A stretch of 64,000 nucleotides of DNA, from contig JAYQKI010000007.1 of NCBI GenBank assembly GCA_038142605.1, positions 10,810 to 74,809 of the forward strand, given 5' to 3'. Both the position numbers and the translations under genes were made by a program. This document shows, piece by piece, positions 7,539 through 17,177 of this stretch; position 1 is the first letter of the stretch, and the number at the start of each line of letters is the position of its first letter. The notes below the pieces were generated by a model. The model did not search any database. It was given only the letters and a program-made list of their open reading frames with translations, and was not told the DNA's origin. The stretch comes from Candidatus Salinivivens marinus (GTDB lineage: Bacteria; Pseudomonadota; Alphaproteobacteria; Rhodobacterales; Rhodobacteraceae).

Positions 7539-10226
7539 TTAACTATTTTTAGACCACCATCCTCGTCGCCGCGTCTTCTTTGTTTCCTCTTTTGCTAATT
7601 CTGACTTATCATCTAAATCAGATTGTTTTACTTCCCTATCCAAATTTTTTGATTTATCGGCCGATGATGTAACTTTTTTGGTTCTACCTGTTTTAGGCTT
7701 AGTTACTTTCGTGTCCTTTTTCTCTTCTTTTTTCTCGGAAACATCAATTTTAGGAACTGAAGCAGTTTCAGCTAATATACCTTGATCGTCAATAATAGCG
7801 TCTTCTTTAGTAGCTTTTTTTCGCCCTCTCGGATTAGTTTTTGCCTTTGATTTTTTAACATCATTTTCATTTTTCGGTAGCTCAGTAGCAGTTACGTCCA
7901 TACCATCCTTAACATTAACGTTATCCGGCCTGACTTGCTTCTCATCACTTTTACGAACCTTTCTTGTTGTACGTTTTCGTTTTGATTCGGGCGATTTGAG
8001 TTCGTCGTCTTTAGACAGATTTGTTTCCCCTGCATCCGGTTCAGCCGAAATACTACTATTTATTTCAGAACTAATTTCTAAGCTTACAGAAGCAGCATCA
8101 CTCTCTTTCTCGGTACTTTCATTAACTGTAACATCTAGCTCATCGCCACCGGTACGGGGCTTTCGTCTTCGCCTTCTTCTACGCTTTTTAGGTTTGCTTT
8201 CATCATCTTGCTTTGATTTCTCAGATATTGAAGATGACGGCTCACTGTCATTTTCGTCTAACATTTCTAAGTCTGATGCACTGATCGCACTTGATAGCTC
8301 AGAACTTACTTGTTTCTCGCTTGGAGGTCGTGATGAAGTTTTTAACTTTTCAATTGAATATTCTGGACTGACTAGAGCAGTGTCAGCATTTATTCTTACA
8401 AATAGTGAGAACCTAGCCTCGATATTTGCGATGTGGTCGCGTTTCTGGTTAACTATGAAATTTGCAACTGAAACTGGGCAATTAACCACAACTTCTCTAG
8501 AACGGCCACGCACACCTTCATCTTCTATTTGACGTATTATAGACAATGCTAAATTCTCTTCAGATCTAATCAATCCAGTTCCATGACAATGAGGACAATT
8601 CTGAGTTGTTGCTTCTATCATCCCCGGCCTGAGTCTCTGTCTACTCATTTCAAGAAGTCCAAAACCGGAAATTCGTCCAACCTGAATTCTAGCTCGATCT
8701 GTCTTCAGCTTATCCTTTAATTTACGCTCAACGGCAGAGTTATTTCTGCGATCTTCCATATCTATAAAGTCAATAACAATTAAACCCGCAAGATCCCGTA
8801 AGCGCAATTGACGGGACACTTCCTCCGCGGCTTCTAGATTAGTCTTTAAAGCAGTGTCTTCAATCGAACCCTCTTTTGTAGCACGTCCAGAGTTTACATC
8901 TATCGCTACAAGAGCTTCCGTAACTCCAATTACTAGATATCCGCCTGACTTTAACTGCACTACTGGGTTAAACATCGACGTAAGATAAGTTTCCACTTGA
9001 TACCTGGAGAATAGAGGAAGGGGATCATTGTAATGTTTAACGTTTTTCGAGTGACTAGGCATAATCATTCGCATAAAATCTTTTGCTATTTTGTAGCCTG
9101 CCTCTCCTTCAACTAATACTTCATCTATATCTCTATTGTACAAATCGCGTATTGAACGTTTTACAAGATCGCCCTCTTCGTAAATTTTTGTTGGAGCGAT
9201 AGATTTTAAAGTCAACTCTCTTATTTGCTCCCATAACCTCTGCAAATATTCATAATCTCTTTTGATCTCAGTCTTAGTTCTTTTTGCACCTGCGGTACGT
9301 ACTATCAAACCAGCACCTGAGGGAACCTCTATACCACCGGCAATCTCTTTTAATTTTTTTCTATCAACGGCATTAGTTATCTTTCTACTGATCCCTCCTC
9401 CCCTGGCTGTGTTTGGCATTAAAACACAATAACGACCCGCAAGAGATAAGTAAGTTGTTAATGCTGCTCCCTTATTTCCACGTTCTTCTTTCACTACTTG
9501 AACTAATAAAATTTGCCGCACTTTAATTACTTCTTGGATTTTATAGCGGCGGGGTCTTGGCTTACTTGCGATTACTAAATCTAGAGGATCATCAGCTTCA
9601 GAAACAGATTCAATTTCATCTAAGCTGTCTTCAGATGAATCGTCTTGATCTATATCCGTAGATTCCTCAGCAGCAGGTTTATTATCTGGATCTGCTTCTA
9701 AGTCAGGATTAGTCTCAAGAGTATTTTCTGAATCGTCCTTCTCTCGTTTACCGGCCGATCCGTTCTGATCATCCTCAGAACCTGGCACATCATTCTCTAA
9801 GAGCTGGCCCGCATCTCCCTCATTTATATCCTGTTTTTCAATAAAGTCAGCAGATTTTGTGTCTTTTGATCTAGTTTTTACCCTACTACGTTTTTTTTCA
9901 GCCTGAGCATTTTCCTCCTGTTCGCGCAGTGCTTCAGCATAAGCACGCTCTTCTTCCATCAGAGCCTCTCTATCGGCTATTGGAATCTGATAATAGTCAG
10001 GATGAATCTCGGAAAAGGCTAAAAATCCGTGACGATTTCCACCATAGTCAACAAAAGCAGCCTGCAGACTGGGCTCAACTCGTGTTACTTTAGCAAGATA
10101 AATATTACCTGCTAACTGTCTCCTTGTCTCAGATTCGAAATCAAATTCTTCGACGCGGTTTCCGTCAACCACAACGACGCGAGTTTCCTCAGCATGTGCA
10201 GCATCAATAAGCATTTTTTTAGGCAT
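7539..10226 (-). CDS. rne: Ribonuclease E
   Basis: 895 aa. N-terminal S1/RNase E catalytic blocks are present (MLIDAAHAEETRVVVV, EERGNKGAALTTYLSLAGRYCVLMP, DFIDM, CPHCHGTG zinc link). The C-terminal half is low-complexity and Arg/Lys/acid-rich, including an R-run. Confidence 0.92.
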   Translation of the reverse strand: MPKKMLIDAAHAEETRVVVVDGNRVEEFDFESETRRQLAGNIYLAKVTRVEPSLQAAFVDYGGNRHGFLAFSEIHPDYYQIPIADREALMEEERAYAEALREQEENAQAEKKRSRVKTRSKDTKSADFIEKQDINEGDAGQLLENDVPGSEDDQNGSAGKREKDDSENTLETNPDLEADPDNKPAAEESTDIDQDDSSEDSLDEIESVSEADDPLDLVIASKPRPRRYKIQEVIKVRQILLVQVVKEERGNKGAALTTYLSLAGRYCVLMPNTARGGGISRKITNAVDRKKLKEIAGGIEVPSGAGLIVRTAGAKRTKTEIKRDYEYLQRLWEQIRELTLKSIAPTKIYEEGDLVKRSIRDLYNRDIDEVLVEGEAGYKIAKDFMRMIMPSHSKNVKHYNDPLPLFSRYQVETYLTSMFNPVVQLKSGGYLVIGVTEALVAIDVNSGRATKEGSIEDTALKTNLEAAEEVSRQLRLRDLAGLIVIDFIDMEDRRNNSAVERKLKDKLKTDRARIQVGRISGFGLLEMSRQRLRPGMIEATTQNCPHCHGTGLIRSEENLALSIIRQIEDEGVRGRSREVVVNCPVSVANFIVNQKRDHIANIEARFSLFVRINADTALVSPEYSIEKLKTSSRPPSEKQVSSELSSAISASDLEMLDENDSEPSSSISEKSKQDDESKPKKRRRRRRRKPRTGGDELDVTVNESTEKESDAASVSLEISSEINSSISAEPDAGETNLSKDDELKSPESKRKRTTRKVRKSDEKQVRPDNVNVKDGMDVTATELPKNENDVKKSKAKTNPRGRKKATKEDAIIDDQGILAETASVPKIDVSEKKEEKKDTKVTKPKTGRTKKVTSSADKSKNLDREVKQSDLDDKSELAKEETKKTRRRGWWSKNS

Positions 10227-10520
10227 TTAATATATATACATGCAGGTATGGAAACAATTTCTTTGAAAAAATTAACTTCTTTCCTGCCGTATCCCATTTG
10301 GGCGATAAAATTTGTACAAGGGCCCTCATGCACGGGGCTAGTTGCAACTATTTCAATAGAAATGAAATCAGTACGTCTCATCGCGTTAACATCTCCGGCA
10401 AACTCTGTTTACCAACTATAAATTTACCATCCTCTTAGAACAGGACGATTGATCTGTTTTAGACCAGAAGGTCTTGCGCAGTTAAACTCGCTCAGCCCGC
10501 GCTGCGTCAAACCTTAAAAC
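10227..10520 (-). promoter_or_regulatory. Long untranslated leader upstream of rne containing locally GC-rich hairpins (extent approximate)
   Basis: There is about 400 nt of non-coding sequence between rne and the upstream gene. On the rne strand it contains CGCAG...CTGCG, GACC-ttct-GGTC and GCCC...GGGC stems. E. coli rne has a long autoregulatory 5' UTR. Confidence 0.35.
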
Positions 10521-10526
10521 TCTTTA

Positions 10527-10550
10527 AGCACTATATCTTTCAATAGTGCT
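10527..10550 (-). terminator. Possible terminator hairpin about 80 nt downstream of the dehydrogenase gene
   Basis: AGCACTAT-8 nt loop-ATAGTGCT perfect 8-bp stem. Both flanks are only moderately T-rich, so the assignment is weak. Confidence 0.25.
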
Positions 10551-10630
10551 AATTTGTTATTAATTGAAAAATCTACCAAAACACAATCGAAAATTACACG
10601 ATTATGTTATTTTCAGCTATTCTTACTGAC

Positions 10631-11512
10631 TTAGTTAAGACTATCAATTGCTCTAAGCCGCTTGAAAAGACTCGATGTATCCCAGCGACCGCCACCCATT
10701 TTTTGAATATCTTTATAAAATTGATCAACAAGAGAGGTTACGGGCAAAGATGCACCGTTACTATCTCCAGCATCCAAACAAATCTTTAAATCTTTACGCA
10801 TCCAATCGACTGCAAAACCATGCTCAAACTCATCATTGAGCATGGTTTCGTAACGATTAGACATCTGCCAACTCCCAGCAGCACCCTGAGAAATAACCTC
10901 AATCACCGCATTTCCATCCAATCCAGCTTTTTCTGCAAAATGAAGTGCCTCTGAGAGCCCCTGCACCAACCCTGCTATGGCTATTTGATTGCACATTTTT
11001 GTTTTCTGCCCGGCGCCGGTGTCTCCAATTCGACGACAAATCTTAGAATATATCTCCAACACTGGCTCAGCCAGTTTATAATCTCCCTCATCGCCACCAC
11101 ACATTATTGACAATACGCCGTTTTCTGCTCCTGCTTGCCCACCGGAAATAGGAGCATCGATAAACCTGATACCAAGTTCTTGTGATTTTTTATAAAGCTT
11201 TTCAGTTACTTGAGCTGATACTGTTGTATGATCAATAAAAAGTGCTCCCTTTTTCATATTGGAAAAAGCACCGTGTTCACCGGTTGTTATATCTAGAAGA
11301 TCGTTGTCATTTCCCACACATGACATAACAAAATCTACGTCCTTGACAGCCTTGGATGGAGTTTCGGCAATACTACCCTTGAATTCTGAATTCCACTTTT
11401 TAGCCTTTGAAAGAGTTCTATTGTAAACAGTGACTTTATGCCCTGCAGTGGCAAGATGTCCAGCCATAGGATACCCCATTACTCCTAAACCCAAAAAAGC
11501 AATTTTTGCCAT
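10631..11512 (-). CDS. NAD(P)-dependent oxidoreductase, 3-hydroxyisobutyrate / 2-hydroxy-3-oxopropionate reductase family
   Basis: N-terminal KIAFLGLGVMGYPMAGHL Rossmann motif and the 6-phosphogluconate-dehydrogenase-like NAD-binding family pattern. I chose the ATG at 11512. Confidence 0.8.
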   Translation of the reverse strand: MAKIAFLGLGVMGYPMAGHLATAGHKVTVYNRTLSKAKKWNSEFKGSIAETPSKAVKDVDFVMSCVGNDNDLLDITTGEHGAFSNMKKGALFIDHTTVSAQVTEKLYKKSQELGIRFIDAPISGGQAGAENGVLSIMCGGDEGDYKLAEPVLEIYSKICRRIGDTGAGQKTKMCNQIAIAGLVQGLSEALHFAEKAGLDGNAVIEVISQGAAGSWQMSNRYETMLNDEFEHGFAVDWMRKDLKICLDAGDSNGASLPVTSLVDQFYKDIQKMGGGRWDTSSLFKRLRAIDSLN

Positions 11513-11598
11513 AGCATTTCCCCTCAATTTCTGATTTTGCTAATTTTGGTTTACAATCTACGAAGTTTCAATAGCCATTCGGTCATCAAGAGGAAAAA

Positions 11599-14076
11599 AT
11601 GGCAAGAGTTCTACACTGGATATTTAGAATAATTGGTGGATCCCTAATTTTATCCTTAATTATACTAGCTTTTATTTTTTACATCGTACTCAGATCAATT
11701 CCCGACTACGATAAAAGTGTTGAATTACCCGGAGTAGTAGCTCCTATTGAGATCGTGCGTGACACCTTTAATGTACCTCATATATACGGCAAAAATGATA
11801 CTGATCTGTACTTTGGCCTAGGGTATGCACATGCACAAGATAGGCTTTGGCAATTAGTGGTGGACCGATTGACAGCACAGGGCAGACTCTCTGAAATTTT
11901 CGGAAAGCAAGCGCTCCCCTTAGATGAATTTATGAGACGCATAAATATATACTCTCTTTCTCAGGAGTCAGTGGTTGCACAGGATGATAGGACAAAAAGA
12001 GTCTTAGAGGCATACGCGGCGGGTATAAATGCTAGATTTATGGAAATTAATCGTGAATCACTCGGGCGTGGAGCCCCAGAATTACTCTTGTACAACATAC
12101 CACTGGCATCATGGCATCCCGCCGACAGTATCGCACTTCTGAAATTGTTTGCTGTGAATTCAAGTAGCCACTATGCAAAAGAAATCCTGAGAGCAAGAAC
12201 TCTTATAACTCTTCCCGACCCGAAAAGGGTAAAAGACATTTTACCAGACTCTCCAGTAACGAATGGCGAAGCCACTATGGAGGTTCTAGGAAAACTAGAT
12301 AGAAACGTTTCTGTATCTCCACCAAAAATAAAGGTTAACTCAAACTTCTTTAACAGTTTCTCCAATAATAGATTTGCTGGCGCCTCAAACTCTTTTGCAG
12401 CGAGAAACCATAGAACAGCAGCTGATGGCACTTTACTGGCAAATGACCCCCATTTTAAATTAAGTGTACCTAGCCAATTTTATTTAGCTCATTTAGATTT
12501 ATCGGGTGGTGGGATCATAGGCGGAACGATACCAGGAATACCCACAATAGTTGCTGGACGAAGTCCGTATATAGGTTGGGGTATATCTGCCTCATATGCT
12601 GATGATCAAGATTTATATGCAGAAGAAGTAAGGGAGAGTGATAGCTCCATGTATAGATCTCTAGATGGGTGGAAGAAGTTTAGAACAGAAGAGACTTACA
12701 TAAAAATAAAAGGCGATAAATCAAAAAAAATTATATTAAAATGGAGTGAAAACGGACCCATTTTGAATAAAAAAACCTCACAAATTTCTGATATTACTCC
12801 TGAAGGTCATGAAATGGCGCTTAGTTGGACTATGCTTTCTCCCAAGGACACGTCGATTTCTGCCCTAATCAGCCTAACCCATTCCAAAGATCTTTCCACT
12901 GCTTTAAAAGCTCTCGAGAAACATGTAGCACCCTCATTGAATTACACCATAACCGATAATCAAAATATAGCTCTTCAGCTGGCGGGTAGACTTCCAATTA
13001 GAAACGCAAATCACGCTACTAAAGGTCGTTTGCCAAGTCTCGGATATGTAAAGGAAAATAGATGGTTAGGATATGAACCTTACGATAATAATCCACGATT
13101 TGTTAATCCCAAAAATGGATTAATTACAAATACAAACAATAAAATTTCAGATGACAAGTTTCCTAATCATATTTCATTTGATTGGGGCGATACTCAGAGA
13201 ATTGAACGATTATCCCGTCTACTGGGATCTCGAAAAGTTCACACAAGAGAAAGCTTTATAGAGGCACAATTAGATACAGTAAGCTTTCCTGCAAAATCAT
13301 TACTCCCAATTATTGGAGCTAATCTGTGGTATAAGCCAATAACAAATTTAAATTCAGACTTGGATCAAGATGTGAAAGTAGCACTTAAGCTACTTGCAGA
13401 ATGGAATGGCGAAATGAATGAACATTTACCAGAACCCTTAATTTTTTATTCGTGGATGCAAAACTTGCAAAAAAGACTGATCCAGGATGAATTAGGAGTG
13501 CTTTCGCAAGAATTCAGAAATTTTGACCCTATCTTTCTGGAACGTGTGTTCAGAAATATAGAAGGCGCATCAATTTGGTGCGATATTGTGCAAAGTGTTC
13601 CTTTGGAAAATTGTGAAAAAGTGGCAGAACTTGCACTTTATGACGCAGTATCTGAGCTCAAGGACATGTATAAAATTGACATTACCTCTCTTAGATGGGG
13701 AGATGCTCACATAGCGATGCACGACCATTTAACATTGGGACATATTCCGGTATTAAATCTATTAATTAACTTAAGGCAATCCGTATCAGGCGGTGATTTC
13801 ACACTACAAAGAGGGTTAAGTTCTGGAGATCCTTATAACCCGTTTGAAAACGTTCATGCAGCCGTTTACCGAGGGGTTTACGATTTTTCCGATCCAGACA
13901 GCTCACTCTATGTAATTTCTACAGGACAATCTGGTCATTTATTCTCAAGACATTATGATGATCTTGGGCAATTGTGGCGTCGTGGTGAGTATATTACAAT
14001 GTCTCTTGACCCAGATCTGGCCAGGGCTGCATCAACTGGGACTACAAAAATTATTCCGGCATCAAAATTACAATAG
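11599..14076 (+). CDS. Penicillin acylase family Ntn-hydrolase (possible N-acyl-homoserine-lactone acylase), N-terminal membrane anchor
   Basis: 825 aa with an N-terminal hydrophobic helix, the GLGYAHAQDRLWQ block and a GA|SNSFAA autoprocessing/nucleophile site (Ser codon 12385-12387). Confidence 0.8.
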   Translation: MARVLHWIFRIIGGSLILSLIILAFIFYIVLRSIPDYDKSVELPGVVAPIEIVRDTFNVPHIYGKNDTDLYFGLGYAHAQDRLWQLVVDRLTAQGRLSEIFGKQALPLDEFMRRINIYSLSQESVVAQDDRTKRVLEAYAAGINARFMEINRESLGRGAPELLLYNIPLASWHPADSIALLKLFAVNSSSHYAKEILRARTLITLPDPKRVKDILPDSPVTNGEATMEVLGKLDRNVSVSPPKIKVNSNFFNSFSNNRFAGASNSFAARNHRTAADGTLLANDPHFKLSVPSQFYLAHLDLSGGGIIGGTIPGIPTIVAGRSPYIGWGISASYADDQDLYAEEVRESDSSMYRSLDGWKKFRTEETYIKIKGDKSKKIILKWSENGPILNKKTSQISDITPEGHEMALSWTMLSPKDTSISALISLTHSKDLSTALKALEKHVAPSLNYTITDNQNIALQLAGRLPIRNANHATKGRLPSLGYVKENRWLGYEPYDNNPRFVNPKNGLITNTNNKISDDKFPNHISFDWGDTQRIERLSRLLGSRKVHTRESFIEAQLDTVSFPAKSLLPIIGANLWYKPITNLNSDLDQDVKVALKLLAEWNGEMNEHLPEPLIFYSWMQNLQKRLIQDELGVLSQEFRNFDPIFLERVFRNIEGASIWCDIVQSVPLENCEKVAELALYDAVSELKDMYKIDITSLRWGDAHIAMHDHLTLGHIPVLNLLINLRQSVSGGDFTLQRGLSSGDPYNPFENVHAAVYRGVYDFSDPDSSLYVISTGQSGHLFSRHYDDLGQLWRRGEYITMSLDPDLARAASTGTTKIIPASKLQ

Positions 14077-15342
14077 ATCGAACTGCTTCCTTTGTTTTTC
14101 GCTCCACCTTAAGACCATTTTATAGTTTTCATCTACTAAGCGCTCAGACTCAACCACCCCATTTCTGTATAGCCAAGCCCTTTTTTTACCATCAGTCGTA
14201 GATATACTCCTAATATCCTTACTATATCTTGACGACATCACATTGATAATACCTGTCTTAAGATTTTCCAAACCCAATCCAGAAGCGGCACAAACTGGAT
14301 AAATTTTTCTTTTGTTTAAACTTATATCGGGTTGTTGCATTTTTTGACATTCTGGATGTAAATCTATTTTGTTCCAGACCTCCAAAACTGGAATTTTCTC
14401 ATCTAACCCAATCTTTTCTAAAATGCCTAACACATCTTGAGATTGGTTATCAGTATTAGGATGACTAATATCTCGGACATGTAAAATTACATCAGAATTT
14501 AAAACTTCTTCGAGAGTTGAACGGAACGAAGCAATAAGCTCAGTAGGCAAATCCGATATAAAACCTACAGTATCGGACATAATTACAGAAACCCCAGAAC
14601 GTAATTTAGAAATACGAACTGTAGGATCAAGAGTTGCAAATAGCATATCTTTGCACAAAACGTCTTCATTTGTTAGTTTGTTAAAAAGTGTTGATTTTCC
14701 AGCATTAGTATATCCAACGAGAGAAACAATTGGCGTGGCTGTTTTAGATCTTCTTTTCCGGTGCAATTCTCTAGTTTTGACTACTTTTCGAAGTTGAACT
14801 CCAAGGCTCTTCAATTGAGAGTCAATTGCTCTTTTATCAGATTCAATCTGTGTTTCTCCAGGACCTCCAACAAAACCTAATCCACCACGCTGTCTTTCCA
14901 AATGCGTCCAAGCTCTGACAAGTCTCGTGCGCTGATACGAAAGAGCCGCCATTTCAACTTGCAATACACCTTCTCTTGTTGCAGCCCTATTTGAGAAAAT
15001 CTCCAATATTAAACTTGTACGATCGAGGATTTTCACATTCCAAGCTTTTTCAAGATTTTTTTGCTGAACAGGAGATACATTGCAATTAATGAAAACAATA
15101 CTCACATTATTAAATGCAATTAAACGATGTAGCTCGTTTTGCTTTTGCTTAGTAAAAATCGCTGAAGGTTTAAACGAAGAAATTTTTACTACCTGAGAGC
15201 CTGCCAACTCAAGCTCAGGTAGCGCAGTTGAAAGTGAAACCGCTTCCTCATGCTTAAAATTAGCTTCTATTTCATTAAAATTAGACCGCAATTCAACTTG
15301 AAGGACCCAAATCCGAGTCTTTGCACGATCAACCTGATTCAA
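14068..15342 (-). CDS. hflX: GTPase HflX
   Basis: 424 aa with G motifs ([18 protein letters not shown]). It overlaps the hfq stop by 4 nt, the classical hfq-hflX pair. Confidence 0.9.
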   Translation of the reverse strand: MNQVDRAKTRIWVLQVELRSNFNEIEANFKHEEAVSLSTALPELELAGSQVVKISSFKPSAIFTKQKQNELHRLIAFNNVSIVFINCNVSPVQQKNLEKAWNVKILDRTSLILEIFSNRAATREGVLQVEMAALSYQRTRLVRAWTHLERQRGGLGFVGGPGETQIESDKRAIDSQLKSLGVQLRKVVKTRELHRKRRSKTATPIVSLVGYTNAGKSTLFNKLTNEDVLCKDMLFATLDPTVRISKLRSGVSVIMSDTVGFISDLPTELIASFRSTLEEVLNSDVILHVRDISHPNTDNQSQDVLGILEKIGLDEKIPVLEVWNKIDLHPECQKMQQPDISLNKRKIYPVCAASGLGLENLKTGIINVMSSRYSKDIRSISTTDGKKRAWLYRNGVVESERLVDENYKMVLRWSEKQRKQFDLL

Positions 15343-15578
15343 CTAGGCTCTTCTCCATCATACAACGAAACGTTTTGAGAAGGCATTATCGTAGAAATAG
15401 CATGTTTATAGACAAGCTGGGACTGTCCATCTCGGCGTAAAAGTATGCAAAAGTTATCAAACCAGGTGATTACACCCTGTAATTTAACACCATTAATAAG
15501 AAAAACCGTTACCGAGTTTTTTTCTTTGCGAACCTGATTTAAAAATGCGTCTTGTAAATTCTGACGATCGGATGCCAT
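15339..15578 (-). CDS. hfq: RNA chaperone Hfq
   Basis: 79 aa. [52 protein letters not shown] is the canonical Sm1/Sm2 sequence. Confidence 0.95.
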   Translation of the reverse strand: MASDRQNLQDAFLNQVRKEKNSVTVFLINGVKLQGVITWFDNFCILLRRDGQSQLVYKHAISTIMPSQNVSLYDGEEPS

Positions 15579-15679
15579 TTATTAGCCTCATTTATTGTTT
15601 TGAGACTATATTGGCATAAAAATATAAATAACAACAGCTAATTTAGAAATCAATTTCAAAGAGATATTGATCACTTAAA

Positions 15680-17176
15680 TTATTTACTCCAAACTGAAGG
15701 AGATATTAAAGCAACTATAACCAATATTTCAAGTCGACCTAAAATCATTGCTATTCCAAGCAAAAATTTAAATATTTGGTTTAGGTCAGTAATTAATAAT
15801 TCATATCCAAGATTAACAAATAGAGGTCCTGTGGTAGTAAGTGCGGAAACCGAGAGAGCAAGGCCTGGTCCAATATCATCAAAAAGCATTGAAAATGTAA
15901 AAGTAAAAAAAGCCAATGCGGCCATAAAAAGCATAAAAAATATCCATGCCATGAGACGATTACTTTTGTTATCTGAAATTAATCCTTTACCTTTTTTTGA
16001 GGGAATTGAATTTGGATGAAGCATCATATCAACTTCCTGAGCAGCATTCCTGTAAAGAATATAGACCCTTAATAATTTTACACCCCCAGCTGTAGTGGCA
16101 ACGCCTCCCCCAATTATAGTTAGTCCCATAAGTGCAACTACTGTCATCTCTGCTGTGGGGGAATGCAGATCTTTAAACCATACGTTACTTTCACTACCCA
16201 TGGTGGCTAAATATGACGTAACAGTGAAAAATATCCCCCATAAATGCTTAAAAAGGAATATTATGCTTATTTCGGCATTTTCTGAAATCATTACAATAAA
16301 AGAATTAGCAAAAATAAGAACCGTTACAGTCAAAATAATGATTAAAGCTAAGCGAATTTCAGGATCTTTAAAAATTCTAAACTTCTGTATTTCATTGATA
16401 TCACGTATGAATAATGATTTTGACAATGCAAAGACAAAAAATAACAAAATAATTCCCTCTACAAGGAAAATATTAGTTGCATTATAGCTTGTTACCTCAA
16501 AGCCAGAAGTCGATATTACAGACATAGACATTAAAACAGCTTTGAAAGCCGGAACGCCTGCGAGAGTTAAGAAAAGCCATAAAAAAATTGTAATTGCTAT
16601 GTAAATTGGAATTAATTGCCGTGCATAATTTATTACTGAATTACTACTTGTATGAGCCTCATTTGACAGTCCACTAGGAAAATCAGTAACACCAATTTCA
16701 AATTTACTAATATTTAAAGGCAACAAAATACTTACTGCACCTATCCAAAAAAATATGCCACCAATCCACGAAACCATCGCTAGCCATAACTGAAAAGCAC
16801 TTCCATCTGATGTCCCAACAGGAGTAATATTTAAACCCGTAGTTGAAAAAGCGCTCACCATTTCAAGCCAACCGTCCAAAAAACTAACATAATCAAAACA
16901 AAGAACTATCGGCATAGCCATAAATACTGGTAAAAATAGATATGAAAGAATAAATGAAACTAGCTGATCAAAATTATTTTGCGTTTTAGGAATATTACTC
17001 AATGCAATAGAGATTAACAGAAAGACAAATACACCAGCAAAGCTGCTGTACAGAAATGTTCTACCAACAAAATAATCTTTTTCTGCAAATGCAACTATAG
17101 AAGGTATAATCATTAATAAGGAAATTATTACAAATAATTGTAAAAAAATTGCCCTATCTAAAAATGAGAGCCTCAT
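15680..17176 (-). CDS. trkH: Trk-type potassium uptake protein TrkH
   Basis: 498-aa polytopic membrane protein immediately downstream (1-nt gap) of trkA, with TrkH-like repeated M1-P-M2 units. Confidence 0.8.
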   Translation of the reverse strand: MRLSFLDRAIFLQLFVIISLLMIIPSIVAFAEKDYFVGRTFLYSSFAGVFVFLLISIALSNIPKTQNNFDQLVSFILSYLFLPVFMAMPIVLCFDYVSFLDGWLEMVSAFSTTGLNITPVGTSDGSAFQLWLAMVSWIGGIFFWIGAVSILLPLNISKFEIGVTDFPSGLSNEAHTSSNSVINYARQLIPIYIAITIFLWLFLTLAGVPAFKAVLMSMSVISTSGFEVTSYNATNIFLVEGIILLFFVFALSKSLFIRDINEIQKFRIFKDPEIRLALIIILTVTVLIFANSFIVMISENAEISIIFLFKHLWGIFFTVTSYLATMGSESNVWFKDLHSPTAEMTVVALMGLTIIGGGVATTAGGVKLLRVYILYRNAAQEVDMMLHPNSIPSKKGKGLISDNKSNRLMAWIFFMLFMAALAFFTFTFSMLFDDIGPGLALSVSALTTTGPLFVNLGYELLITDLNQIFKFLLGIAMILGRLEILVIVALISPSVWSK

Positions 17177-17177
17177 C

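Noticed and set aside
7996-8532. 178-aa plus-strand ORF antisense to rne
   Set aside because: It is a Ser/Leu-rich low-complexity translation of the antisense strand of the repetitive acidic/basic RNase E tail. It looks like a typical shadow ORF.
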